Assembly: GCA_002633005.1 (NCBI GenBank)
Contig: NMRA01000218.1
Span: forward strand, 77,688-141,687
DNA from: Phoronis australis
Lineage: Eukaryota; Animalia; Phoronida
Direction of reading: 5' to 3'
DNA: 64,000 nucleotides
Shown: positions 1 to 36,048 of the stretch, piece after piece
How positions within the stretch are numbered: position 1 is the stretch's first letter
Layout of the letters: each line of letters begins with the position of its first letter
Position numbers and translations under genes: made by a program
The notes under the pieces: generated by a model
Databases searched by the model: none
Seen by the model: only the letters and a program-made list of their open reading frames with translations
Told to the model about the DNA's origin: nothing

Positions 1-2604
1 TTAGCCATGATAAAATATAACTTGTTCCAACAGAAAAAAACGCATTGATGTTCTGGACGCCATCACTATGAATCAAATCGATAAAACACATAGATGTTAG
101 TGTCAAGTTTAAAGTTGATGAGCCCGACTTTGGCGTTAGAGACCATTTAAATTCAATTAAATCAATTTTTGTATTTGATGCATCGAAATATACATCGAGT
201 AATGATTCATGAACTTTCACCCGGGTAAAAAATCTACTAATCCGCGTATCCTCCTTGCTTTCTACAATTATAATCGCGGAATACTTTCACTGGTGTCTTC
301 TCGGAATAACCGTGGTACTGTAATAAAACCATCTTCTATTGCCAAGGTTTATTTTGTGGATAAAAAATAGATGTATTTGTTGAAAAGTTAAAATTTCGTG
401 AAATGCTTCGTAGTTTCAATTACGAACAATTAAAAATGATGAAAACAATAATTCACGGAAAAGTTTATTAACAAGAAGAACAAAGTCATTTGTAATAAAT
501 TTTTACTAAAACCCTTCAACTTGAACTTCATTGAAGGCATATAAAATTGCCACTCAGTGTTCAACGACAAGCAAGACCAGAAGGCTTTGTTCTACTTTCG
601 AAATTAAAACACTTGAAGTTAAAAATAATTAGCTAGAGGAATAATATTCAATGACTTCAGGGCTCGGGGACTAATCTTCTTACTGGGAACTTGACTAAAA
701 ACTGACTACTTGCATAGCATACCTCGAGTAACCAACAATTTTATACTCAAAGGACATTAGACGTTGGGTCCAGGATTCTATACGTGGGTGAAGCTATGAT
801 GCAACGTTGTGAATTAGCTATTGCTGTATAGTTGAAATTACAGCGATATTTTAAGGCATTGGTTTGAGTGTCTGTAAAACTGAAATACATGTGCTTTGAT
901 ACTGGAAATGCTTTTGAAGAATTCAATAACTTGGGTTTGTCTATCTCGAAATTTCGCTTTTATTAAAACGTAGGATTGCTACCATGTATATATATGCATA
1001 TAGCAGGACCATGTTCCAATACTTGTAGCTGTGCTTATATCGGAAATTAAGCACATGCGGCTATACGCGAATCAGTTGAGCAAACCCATGCTTGGCAGTG
1101 ATGCTCTGGATATAAACACACCTCATTCATTATTTTTTTCTTAGTTATAAGCTACTTAGTTCGTGGAATGCAGTGAAACTCTTGCATACGATACAAGCTC
1201 TCATAATACGCCGAAACATACTGCATGCATTTAGTTTGTAACTTAATTTTAAACAATATGTTTTCAGTTGAACACTGTTGGCATTTTCCCTAGTTTTATT
1301 GGGGAAATCATTTCCTTCAGAACATTTATTCGTTATTTAAACCTGTTTCAATAAGTAGTTCGCTAGTTTGTGCAACAGTTTGTCACTGAACTTATACTTG
1401 TTATTGCCACGGGTCATATTTTCAAGTGAACCTATCAGACAGTTTTATTAGTTTTGAAACAATTGAAATGCCCTGTAAAACCGAGTTTTGTAGAAATGTT
1501 TCGAACTTTATACGCCTTTACCGAGGAGTATGCGAATAGGCATATGCGCCTATCGAGAAACACTTTTGAAAAAAACCCATTATTTTGGATATACGCGCAT
1601 TAGTGGAGCTTAATACGCACGCACGGTAGTCAGGTTGTTTTTAATAAAATCAAACTTGTGTGCTTCCACTGCCTCGTCTTGGCTTTCAAAAGAATTTTAA
1701 ACATAGCAAAATGTTGGGCAAATTATATATGACAGCTTTCCAAAATAAAATTACTAGGTTGACCCCTGGCTTGGATGTATACTACGTTGGACCCTGGCTT
1801 GGGTGTATTTGCAGCTTCAGAAGAGAAGTGTTCTGCATTTCTACTTCCGAACTGTTTTCGACAAAGTTTACTCAAAATCTGAACAAAACCTCTTGTCATT
1901 ATTTTATTTTTAAACCGTTTGATGCATGAGCTTAAAAGTGGTTAGAATTTTCATTGCTGGTTTCGGCCGACAATTGAAGGTGGCAATATTCCCACCTTCT
2001 GTTAAAAAAACAACATTTGATTTATGCCACTTACCGTAATGCAATAGGCCTCAAATTTTTCCTTAACATCAAATTGGAGATTATTCCATTGTTTCAGAAG
2101 AACTGACAGTTCGTTATTGTTTGAGACCAGGCTCTTCAACTTGGTTTGTCACGGCGTGTTATTTTATGCGCCTGGTATATGGTCCCTGGCTGAAAATAAC
2201 AAACTGTTGTCTTTCCGCAAACCCAACAACCACTTCTCACCTGATTAGAAACAAGTTGTGACAGCCTCCTCGGCTGTGCGGTCGGTTGATCAAGCGACGT
2301 GCATTTTACCAGGCTAGAGAACTAATCTCCACACCCTTTGGCTAACGTACAACTTGCCGCCCGGCCCGAGCGTATATCTGTCTTCTGTGCTGTTTTGTTT
2401 AGTCTTCAAAAGGTAGCGCAACAATCGCAACATAACTTTCATTTTTGGGGAGGTTAATCCGTTTTTGAATTGCTTCTAATAGATTGCACGGCTGAAATGG
2501 TTATATAGAACTCCTATGGACTAAAACGTACCATAAATATTTTGGATTTTCGAATTTTGAGATTCCAATATATGGTTATTATTTACCTCAGGGGCACATG
2601 TAAT

Positions 2605-2622
2605 CCATTTTGCCGCCATTTT
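2605..2622 (+). promoter_or_regulatory. YY1-like CCGCCATTTT motif(s) in the SMC3 promoter/5' UTR region
   Basis: ccattttgccgccatttt lies about 120 nt upstream of the SMC3 ATG, in a locally more CpG-rich stretch. GCCATNTT is the established YY1 core, often found near TSSs of housekeeping genes. Function is inferred. Confidence 0.35.
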
Positions 2623-2739
2623 AGACTCTGTCCTGGAAGGTCACGCTTTGTGTTTGTAATCCATTTTACACTCGCAGTGCTCAGTGACTAGCCACTGATC
2701 GTACTCTCATGTTTTGTGTTTGTAACCTGGTCTCGTAAA

Positions 2740-26459
<23,720 letters not shown>

Positions 26460-27941
26460 GTGAATATTGTGTGAGGCAAAGAAGGTATTGGACTTAGCTG
26501 ACAGTGACAATGACAGTGTTTACTGAATAGCAAGGGGAAGGAGTTGATTCCATTTATAGTGATGCATGGTGTGTCTAGGTCATGGTTATGATCTCTGGAT
26601 AGATTTTTGTGCTGTAAAGATGCAATTTCTTTAGCCTGTGTTAGTTCAGCTAAATAATTTCGTTTGCCTTTGTTAGTTCAGCTATTTACTGGAAGCTTAA
26701 GGCATTGTTAGGTCACGATGTTAAAAACGTCCTAGCAGTATAAATTAAGATAGTTACTGGAGATTATCCTCCAATGTCCTCTGTTGGATATCTATGATCA
26801 AGGATTGAGGAGGAAGACTTGTATTGTTCGTCAGTCTTTTGACGTGTAGTTTGTACTATTGATTACCATGAGTGTTTTCTATTTGGTGTTATTATTTAGT
26901 TTTCATCTGGGTTGTATCAGACTGTTGCCTTCTCTGTTCTCCCTTGTTGTTTGTTGTATTGTTGAAAAATGACACCAGGTGGCCTCCATGCTTGTATTCA
27001 CCATCTGTGAATGTACTGATCCCTTCAATGAAGAGATCAGTCTCTTAATGTTGTTACTGTTGCATCATGATGATGAGTTAGTTATTAAAGTTCTGAAGTT
27101 TCAATTATGTTGAAGATGTAGGTGTCCTTGTTCTTTTGTCGTGTCAAGGTTTTAGATTGCAACATAATTGATGTCACTTATAATTGTTGAGAATTATTTT
27201 GGAAAGTTAGTTGAAGTTATTTAAGTAAATATAAGCTGTCATTCATTTTCTGATGAATTGTGAAATTATTATACAGCTGTTTGATTTTTATTTTTAGGTC
27301 TCTAGAAACTGTATGGTCTGTGTTGAGAAAGTAAATTCTATGGATAGGTGTTGCTACTATCTCGTCAGTTCGTGTTTTTGTAACTCTAAATATTTTTATG
27401 AAAGTGCTTTTATTGTATTTTTGTTATACTAATCAATTGAAGTATTGCTTTCAAATTCAGTCATTAAGTAAGTTATGAGTTGATGCAACCCTTTAATTAG
27501 GTGCGGTAAGCGGTTAATTGTTCAAATGCAGATGTCTTGTCTTGTTCTTTTTATGAAGTGTTTGTAAACGGACACAGAGTGGGCTTAAGACTGTTGGAGC
27601 AAGTGGGGGGTTTAGTGTCAACTTTAAGTAGCAGTGGTAGTAGTACAGCCTCTCCAAATAGATCCTATTAGAGTGTTTGGGGTCTGGAAAATTTACCCTG
27701 TCAAAAAGGAGAACCAAGGAAATTTGGACCCTTTAACCCAAGTTTGTGTTTCATGTCAGTATTGCGATGAAGGAACCCTTGAACACATTGGTACATGCAT
27801 GCTGAGATTTTTTAGTATGGTATAGTGTATCCCTACAATGTAGGCTTCGAATTCTTGTGGAAACAACTATTTTGGTCAAGTAATGGTATTCTTTGCCACA
27901 TTTGTGTTGTTTAATACATTTAAATATCATCAAAAGCACCA

Positions 27942-28087
27942 AATAAAAATACTGTTGCATTTTATATGTTTACATTTTTCTGCTGTACACATGTTCAGGT
28001 TGTTCATTCCTTGTTGTTCGTAGTCACATGTTTAGATAGAAAAAGCATTCTTTAGTGTTCTGTTATTTTGTACATAGGAGGAATAAA
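27942..28087 (+). terminator. Candidate SMC3 polyadenylation signals (AATAAA at 27942 and 28082)
   Basis: Two AATAAA hexamers end about 1.5 kb of T/GT-rich 3' UTR-like sequence, each followed by T/GT-rich downstream tracts. Confidence 0.5.
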
Positions 28088-28828
28088 ATATTTCTAAATA
28101 ATGTTTTTGCTTTTGGTTTTATTCACTGCATTGTAACAATCAACACTGCATTGCAAGGGTACAAAAACAAGGAAGCAAAAACATCTTTCTGGCAGATCTA
28201 GGATGTCGTACATAAAGGGGGAGGGGGGAGGGGAGATATCTCAACCTTAGGATGAAACTAATTGGCAGCTTGGCAACATTTTTCACTGTACCAGGAGAGA
28301 TGGGGATGGGCCGGATGGGGATACGGGCTACCTCCCTAAATCTGCTTGTGACTTTGATTTTGAGAGCAAATTAATTTTAGTTGGGATGAAGTTTTGGATT
28401 ATGCAAATTATCTGAATTGTATTGTTGAAGCCTACATAGTTTTAAAACCAGTTGTTGGCACACATCCATGATGTACCTTAGGTAATATTCATTTTTAGCT
28501 GTCTGCTCATCACCATTAGGAGCTTATTCACCATAATTATTTATTCCACTTCTATCAGATGATGTCTTGCTTTTTCCATTAGTGTTTTAGACCAAAAACC
28601 TCTAGACTGAAACTTCCGCGAGTTTGACCATATATTAAAGGTTTGAAAATCGAGATTGGTTTGCTGTGCGTGAACTTGGAATTGAAGTTACAGTTAAGGC
28701 AATCGGGTGCAGTGATTTTTTTGTTCAGTGTTAAGAATTTTTGAAATTAATGGCCTCACGATCACCTATTTTATCATTTACCGTAACTTGTGTCACAGAA
28801 TCGGAGGAATATGTGAATGATTGAATCA

Positions 28829-29400
28829 GGGCTGTTCCAGGGAGTGAGTAAAATCTGTATGTGAGGGGGGGGGAAGGCACCTTTTTTCGCACCCACCACC
28901 CATATTTTTCATTTATTTCTTCAGCCTACCACCCGTAATTTTTTACAAGTTTGAAATGCAACCACCCGTAATTTTTTTTTTGTGGTTGACTGCACAGGCG
29001 CTTGAGTTTATCTGTTCCTCCAGTCACCACTAACGTCAAATTACTAAGAAAACATATGTTTCTTATATATGGTTATTAGCCATTGAGAAATTCGAGCACC
29101 TGTGGTTAACTGGTGTTATGGGCATGCCAATGAGGAGATCGGAGGGAGTGAAAAAGTCGGAGCTTTTTGCAAGTTGCATTTTTGTTTCAGTTTTTGATTC
29201 TGTGTGGATTGTTTATAAAATTTACCGTAATTTACCCACCATCAAACATTTATGGCCCAATGAAACAACAACGACCTGTAAATTTAAATTTTTTTGAAGT
29301 ACGACCACCAGCCATTTTGAATTTAAATCAAACGCAACCACCCATAAATTTTTATTTCGGCCTTCCCCCCCCTCCCACACAGATTTTGCTGGAACAGCCC
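28829..29400 (+). mobile_element. PIF/Harbinger-type MITE, family A, copy 2
   Basis: TIRs gggctgttccag...ctggaacagccc with a TCA TSD on both sides and a small insertion in the left TIR. Confidence 0.92.
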
Positions 29401-29654
29401 TCACTTTTTTGTTTAGTTGGTGAACAAGATCGCCAATAACTGAAAAAAGTTTGGCTAAAATTTACATTATTTTAATAGCATGAAATTTGATTTAGTGCAC
29501 TGGAAATTTTTATCAACGTGAACGTGATTAATTAATTAAACTTGTCAAGTTTCCTCGTGTATTAATTCCAAGTCCATCCATACGCGAGGATCTTCCATGT
29601 TCAAACGCACAGCACTTTTAACGGTAGAACGGACCAACAGGGTGCGCTGCTGTT

Positions 29655-29760
29655 CACTTCCGCAAATCACGCTTGAAGAATCTGCAGCCGTAAAAATACT
29701 GTACAAGGAGTGAGACTCTATTTTTGAAACACATAATATATATCACGTGTAAGTTAGGTG
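29655..29760 (+). promoter_or_regulatory. Putative promoter / non-coding first exon of the TRIM-NHL gene
   Basis: ETS-like CACTTCCG at 29655, followed by donor-like gga|gtgag (about 29710) and cgt|gtaagt (about 29748). The TRIM ATG sits 4 nt after an acceptor (tctattacag|gatcATG), which implies an upstream 5' UTR exon. Confidence 0.35.
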
Positions 29761-31394
29761 TTTAAAATTTCAAAAATTGATCAAGAATTACGAACTTTAT
29801 TGCATGTTGCTTCCTAGTCGGTAAACAAACACTGTTTGAGCTAAGTATTGGCTAGTTGCTTACCGCCTAGTATCGGCCTATCCCGGGCACTTGTTACCCT
29901 TGCCCTTGGTTAGCTGATTCACACCGATAGCCCTCACGTGCATTTTACCAACCGACTTAGCTTCGGGAGCCGAATATTAATTTTTGAGTGATAATTAGAC
30001 TGAAAACCAAAGAGCTAAGATTATCTCAAACTTTATCACGCTAAACATTCTCCAATTTGGGACAGGCTAACGGGCTGCCCAGACTCCAGAGTTCAAAATT
30101 ATGTTTTGTATTTATGTAAGATTATTGTCATTACATTACCACGTTTTTAAGTCAAAGTTTCTATTTTAAAAAGGTTTATTCATAGCAAAATAACTCCCCT
30201 TGGGCTATTTTAATGAAACCCTTGATGTAAATGAAAACTTGACAATTCGTCAAAAACGCTGTTAAATAATTGCCTTTTAAACTTCCTTTTTAGATGTTCT
30301 AGAAGCTGTTATCCTTTACTCCTGCAATTAAGTTAAGATTCAATCCTTTTTCTAGTGCAATTACTTGGCCATGTGCTAAAAATTATCCTTTGTCAGCCAA
30401 ACTCTTTTTGCTGTTTTGGCCTATTAACAGAAATTAAAAACGACTCGCATCCAGTTCACTCACTCTGTAACCCTCGACAACCCTCAAAAGTTTAGTGGAA
30501 AATTTGAAAACTCCTTTCAAAGTCTGCTAAACAGGCAAGCTTGACCTTCACTTTTAGCCAATTGCACGGCAACTGTGGGAAAAGACTACCCACCTAGGAC
30601 CATAATCATTACGTAAAATTGTCGTGAGGACTTGACTGGGACCTCAGGGGTCTCACACTTCACTGATTTATCCACATTATTTTGAAAACGCTTTAACTGG
30701 TCATGCATTGTGTGTCATAAAACAGATAAGCATACCTGCAGCTGACGCAGCAATTAGAACTACTCTCATTTATCACAGTTGAACTGTGGTTTTCTGTTGA
30801 CCTCATACCGTCCGGAGTTGCACCATATACCAACTCCGGACGGTCTCTCACGACGATTTATCGTTGTGTGTCCCATTTGACAATATAAGGAGTACGAGTT
30901 CTTAGTTAATTCCAGCCTTCAACTAGGAAGATTGATGCCAATGATGCATTGGTTGAAGTCATCAAAATGCTTTAGTATTCTTTTAACAGCTGAAGGCTAA
31001 GGTTGCTACTTGTTTTGTTTAGCCAGGTAACCCTTTATTCACTTACTTTTAAAGTAAAAAAACTGAAAGGGAGATAATTGCATTTTCATATCCAACCTAT
31101 TATTCACAGGTAACTGCTTCCATACATTTTGTTTAGTATGTTTTTTCAATCAAAAATTAAATCAGTTGAACATTCCCAGTATAGGGCCATCACCTGGAGG
31201 GCTGATGCCCGATAGGCGAAGCAGGTAAAAGTTGAATAAACAGGTCCCTCTACAATATGGCTGCCAGGAACCAGTTTTCTGAATAACATGCTGGTTCGCG
31301 GCAGCCATTTTGCTAAGCACAAAAGTTTAAGCACTCTGATTGAATGCTTCTGATAACTATCAGTTAGATCAATATTTATTTCTATTACAGGATC

Positions 31395-33491
31395 ATGAGT
31401 GGCAGCCCAAACCTTCATTCTGCATGTGACCTCATTCGACAGCAGTACCTCTGCTGCCCTGCATGCTGTGACGTGCTGAAGAACCCACGTACCCTGCCGA
31501 CATGTGGCCATACTGCTTGTCTCGAGTGTCTGGTGCTACCTCATGAGGTCCCAGCAGAGATACTGTGCCCATCGTGTGGCATCAACAGCGGCCTGACTGG
31601 CTTTGATGCACTTCATCTGTCCGTGGATGATGAAGTCTCACAACTGCTTACCATACTAGATGCTGTTCAAGTGATGATGCCTGCATGCTCCATGTGTCAC
31701 GCAAAGGCCTCTGTGTGGTGTGCTGAGTGTGAAGATGTTATGTGTTCTCAAGGATGCACCGAGTTACATGCAAGATTTTACCCAAAGCACAAAGTGTCCA
31801 CTTTGATTAGTTCTAAGGAAACTAATAGTCGATGCTGTAACTGTGATGCATCAAGAGAATACCACTGTATGGAGTGTGACGAGATGTTATGCAGCATTTG
31901 TGTGCAAGTTCATAACAAGCTGGGAATGAACAGAGGTCACAAGATTAGCAGGTTATCATCTGGAAAGGACATTGGACTTACGGTGAATTACTTTGTGCCG
32001 TGTGCAAAGGGTTGTGAGAAAGGCATCAGGATGTTTTGTGATGACTGTAGCATGTTGTTTTGTGAAACCTGCTTCGCTAATGAACACTGTGGACATGGTG
32101 TGCAGAAACTGGCCAATAAAGAAGAGGAAGTGCTTCGAAATCTTGAACATCAACAAGCGTCACACAGAACGTTGCACAGCGAAGCATTGGCTTGTAGAAG
32201 AGTTTTGGACAGTTACAACGAGAGTGTATTGGAACAATTTTCTGCATTTTCTTTTGAAGTGAAACGCAGTGTTCAGAAAATAAAACGCTGCTTGCAAGAA
32301 ATTGAACATTCCATGTTGGAGGGTGCTAGAGAAGTTCTAAAAATAGAACAGATTGAGCAGGATAGGAGAACTGTTGAGGATTATGTCAACACAACAAACC
32401 AGTCTCTGACCCTGATTTCACAGATGCTCGCTTGCTCATCTTCCAAGCAAATGTTGCCATTGATTGTTTTTGTGAATAACAAGTTATCGCAGCTTCAACA
32501 TGGTCCAGTAATTGATACCAACACTGGTCGACTGGTACAGGTAAATCTTGATCTTCCTGTCAGTGACCTCAAGTCGTCCTTGAAAAAAGAACTTGGTGCT
32601 ATGAAAATCAGAGAAACTTCTTGGGTAACCCCTCAGACGAATTCATCTGGGACTTTGAGTGAATTAGCAGATGAAGCTGATGTGATTCAGTGTGAATTGA
32701 TGACAAGCAAACAGGATTTGAATGCTCCTTGGATATCAGGAATAGCTTGCAGCAAGGATGGACACCTGTTTGCTGTTGATAGAAACAACAAGAAGGTGAA
32801 AAATATCAGTGCTAATATAAAACTCATGTCCGAGTTTCACAACAACTTGTTGAATCCTTTCGATGTTGCACTATATGGTGACAACTTGTTGGCAGTTACG
32901 GACACCAAAGGCTGTTCTGTACAGATTTATGATCATGATGGGGTAGAAATTGATAACAACTTGACCTGCCCCAGAGCGCCATCTGGTATTGCCAGCAGTG
33001 GCAGGGAGTTGGTAATATGTGATGCTGGCAACCAACTGATACATTTCAGTAATGATGAAATGGATGGTTTTGATCTAGAGTGTCAGGAGAGTGGTAAACT
33101 GAGTACTGATTACAAGCTATGCCATGTGGCTGTTAATAAGAACATTGTTGCCGTCTGTTCTAACAACCAACACTGCATTCAGGTATACAGTAGTAAAGGC
33201 AGGTTGTTAAGAACTCTTGGTTGCTATGGTAACAACTTAGGTGAGCTGGCCAGTCCAAGAGGCGTTGCTATAGATAACTATGGAAATGTACTTGTGGCTG
33301 ATACTCTCAACCATAGGATACAGGCTTTCATGCCGGATGGAAGGTCTAAAGTCGTAGCTTCTGCCACAAACTCCATAACTAATCCTCATGCTTTGACATT
33401 AGATCAGCAGGGACATCTGTTAGTGTCTCATGGCAGGAAGTATGGACATGTGCAGTATATAAGCAGACTGAAATACTTGAAGGAAAAGTGA
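31395..33491 (+). CDS. TRIM-NHL family protein (RING, three B-box-like fingers, coiled coil, NHL repeats); putative E3 ligase, TRIM71/TRIM2/TRIM56-like; intronless CDS, 698 aa
   Basis: RING-HC CPACCDVLKNPRTLPTCGHTACLECL...CPSC. B-box-like units CSMC..VWCAECEDVMCSQGCTELH..H, CCNC..YHCMECDEMLCSICVQVH..GH and CAKGC..MFCDDCSMLFCETCFANEHCGH. A helical heptad region follows, then NHL repeats such as LASPRGVAIDNYGNVLVADTLNHRIQAF and PHALTLDQQGHLLV. Confidence 0.95.
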   Translation: MSGSPNLHSACDLIRQQYLCCPACCDVLKNPRTLPTCGHTACLECLVLPHEVPAEILCPSCGINSGLTGFDALHLSVDDEVSQLLTILDAVQVMMPACSMCHAKASVWCAECEDVMCSQGCTELHARFYPKHKVSTLISSKETNSRCCNCDASREYHCMECDEMLCSICVQVHNKLGMNRGHKISRLSSGKDIGLTVNYFVPCAKGCEKGIRMFCDDCSMLFCETCFANEHCGHGVQKLANKEEEVLRNLEHQQASHRTLHSEALACRRVLDSYNESVLEQFSAFSFEVKRSVQKIKRCLQEIEHSMLEGAREVLKIEQIEQDRRTVEDYVNTTNQSLTLISQMLACSSSKQMLPLIVFVNNKLSQLQHGPVIDTNTGRLVQVNLDLPVSDLKSSLKKELGAMKIRETSWVTPQTNSSGTLSELADEADVIQCELMTSKQDLNAPWISGIACSKDGHLFAVDRNNKKVKNISANIKLMSEFHNNLLNPFDVALYGDNLLAVTDTKGCSVQIYDHDGVEIDNNLTCPRAPSGIASSGRELVICDAGNQLIHFSNDEMDGFDLECQESGKLSTDYKLCHVAVNKNIVAVCSNNQHCIQVYSSKGRLLRTLGCYGNNLGELASPRGVAIDNYGNVLVADTLNHRIQAFMPDGRSKVVASATNSITNPHALTLDQQGHLLVSHGRKYGHVQYISRLKYLKEK

Positions 33492-33704
33492 ATAAGTTGA
33501 AGCTTTGGTGGAAAATACCGTTTTGCTTTTCGTTATTAACAGATGTTAGGTGCTTCCAAAGGAAATAATTCTCAATTTATTTGAAATTATGACTAGGTTG
33601 GAGTGCTGGAAAACTCATTTCACAACAAAGAACCTCAATATTTTCAAACATATATTGTTTGTTTTTCATAGAGACATTATTTTCTTAGAAAAAAAAGTGA
33701 TTTA

Positions 33705-34273
33705 GGGCTGTTCCAGTAAAATCTGTATGGGAGGGGGTGGAAGGCACCTTTTTTTCGCACCCACCACCCATATTTTTCATTTATTTCTTCAGCCTACCAC
33801 CCGTAATTTTTTATAAGTTTGAAATGCAACCACCCGTAATTTTTTTTTGTTCTTGTGGTTGACTGCACAGGCGCTTGAGTTTGTCTGTTCCTCCATCACC
33901 ACTAACGTCATTCATTACTAAGAAAACATGATTCTTATATATGGTTATTAGCCATCGAGAAATTCGAGCGCCTGTGGTTGACTGGTGTTATGGGCATGCT
34001 GATGGGGAGATCGGAGGGAGTGAAAAAGTTGGAGCTTTTTGCAAGTTGCATTTTTGTTTCAGTTTTTGATTCTGTGCGGATTGTTTATAAAATTTACTAA
34101 AATTACCCACCATCAAACATTTATGGCCCAATGAAACAACAACAACCTGTAAATTTTTATTTTTTTGAAGTACGACCACCAGCCATTTTGAATTTAAATC
34201 AAACGCAACCGCACATAAATTTTTATTTCAGTTGCCTTCCCCCCCTCCCACACAGACTTTGCTGGAACAGCCC
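33705..34273 (+). mobile_element. PIF/Harbinger-type MITE, family A, copy 3 (most complete)
   Basis: TIRs of about 40 bp (gggctgttccagtaaaatctgtatgggaggggg...aaggca / tgccttccccccctcccacacagactttgctggaacagccc) with a TTA TSD. Starts about 210 nt after the TRIM stop codon. Confidence 0.93.
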
Positions 34274-34613
34274 TTAAAAGCTTCATTAACAACTGCATAC
34301 ATTTCCACAATATATTGCAATAGACAGCTTGTGGGTGTCCAGACTTAGCAGACAAAATTGTTGTATCACCTTGTATCACCCTGCACGTGAGAAACCAGTA
34401 TGAAGTGGTACAAACTTCTTGATATGAAGTACCAGGTTATCACTATTATGCCAAGGGGTCCACCTTGCTCCATATTTTGGAAAAGTTCAAAAACGCATTT
34501 CGTACCCTAGCAATTTAAAAAGTGAAAATACACTTTCGACTCAAGCTTTACTCTGATATATTATTATTCTACTATTTGACATATGTATAGTTAGTTAGCA
34601 GTGATACAAGGTA

Positions 34614-34770
34614 AAATGTAACAATTTTGTAAAATGTAACAACTGTTACATTTTACGAAAATTTTTCGTTGGTAAGCCTCTCTTTAAATGTAACAAGTTG
34701 TTACATTTTACGTAATCGTTACATTTTACCTGGAATGTGCATGCCAGAAATGTGCCCTTGTTACATTTTA
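34614..34770. repeat. Cluster of short aaatgtaac / gttacatttt inverted and direct repeats
   Basis: Multiple copies of aaatgtaacaa and ttgttacatttt(ac) in alternating orientation. Probably a remnant of a transposon subterminal region. Confidence 0.6.
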
Positions 34771-36048
34771 CGAAAGCAATGTCATATCACAAAGTAAATG
34801 ACCAAAATCACGAGCAAGTGGTATCCGACACGGACGGGGGTACTCGTGTACTTTTGGACGAGGGGATGATGTCCGAAAATGTGGATACCTACCCATTTTG
34901 AGTGTAGGATGGGACAAAAAAGTGACCCATTTAGAGAGTAGTTTTGTGTAAAAATTACATTTTTGCACTGTTCTGTCCCAGAAATACACAAAAGACACCC
35001 TTTCGCCTGCGGTCCCTGGCTCTAGACTGTATCGCAACAAATACAGTAAAACGTGCATTAGTCGGATGCAACCGGACAGACATTTTATTCGAGTATGGTG
35101 AAATCTGTACAAAATAAAACAACTGTAATGCCAAACTGTGTCCAAGTTAAGTGAAAGTCTGACTTATGTATGTCCAACTTATGTGACTTTACTGTACATC
35201 AATACCTGAACGCTTTATTAAAGCGTCTGTCAATTGAAGCACTCAATGATTGAATGGTATCACAAATTTCTATTATACAAGAGCTAGGAGAACGCCACTG
35301 ACTATAAGTCTGTTTAAGAGTGCATGCTTGGATGCACAGAAAAATTCCACGTAACAGCTTATAATGTGCACCATAACACAATTACATATAAATTACAACA
35401 TGAGAATTCAAATGAAAGTAATGATTTATTGAATGTATTATCTTGCATAAGTTACACTTTGGGCCTATGGCCAGATGTATATATATTTCAATAAAGAATA
35501 ATTCTTGAAAACGCAACAACCATTGGCCACAGTAATGTCAAAATCAAAAAAATCACTGCAATCACATTGCCAGTCACGTTCATGAATACTTTTTAAAAAG
35601 ACACTGATCTGATTCATCCTGAAACCACACTAACTTGCACAAATCAAAAGATGCTTTTAGAATTAAGTGAAACATTTGTATTTAATTACAAATTGGAAAG
35701 TGATTGATTCAGAAGTAAACGATAATTTTTACTCAGAAAACAATTTTACAATTCTCCTATAAGCTGCCTTAGTCTTTCACAAATCAGTTACAAAAAAACT
35801 CCACTCTTCGAGCAAACACATAATAAATAAATATAATAAATAAAAATTGTTAAATAGCATTTTTGAGCTTCACCACAAGGTAGTCAATTTAATACAATAG
35901 TAAATTTGCCTAAGTCTGTTCCAAAATAACCAAGAGGTACAGTGAAATCTGACTTACTTGAAGGGCTGATAGCACAAATTTGAACAACAGCACCTTAGAA
36001 CTTTGTCAGAGTAAAGGGAATATTCGCCTTGCATTACATATTTGTGAC

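Noticed and set aside
980-1629. Possible Tigger-like MITE (taccatg...cacggta ends, repeated tatacgc motifs)
   Set aside because: Terminal inverted match is only a few bases, so boundaries cannot be supported.
1660-1929. 89-aa ORF upstream of SMC3
   Set aside because: Non-ATG start, no recognisable motif, and partly built from a short local duplication.
29167-29439. Recurring ORFs at 12829, 29167, 29222, 33988, 34194 and 42696
   Set aside because: All lie in MITE family A copies, are not conserved in frame between copies, and show no transposase motifs.
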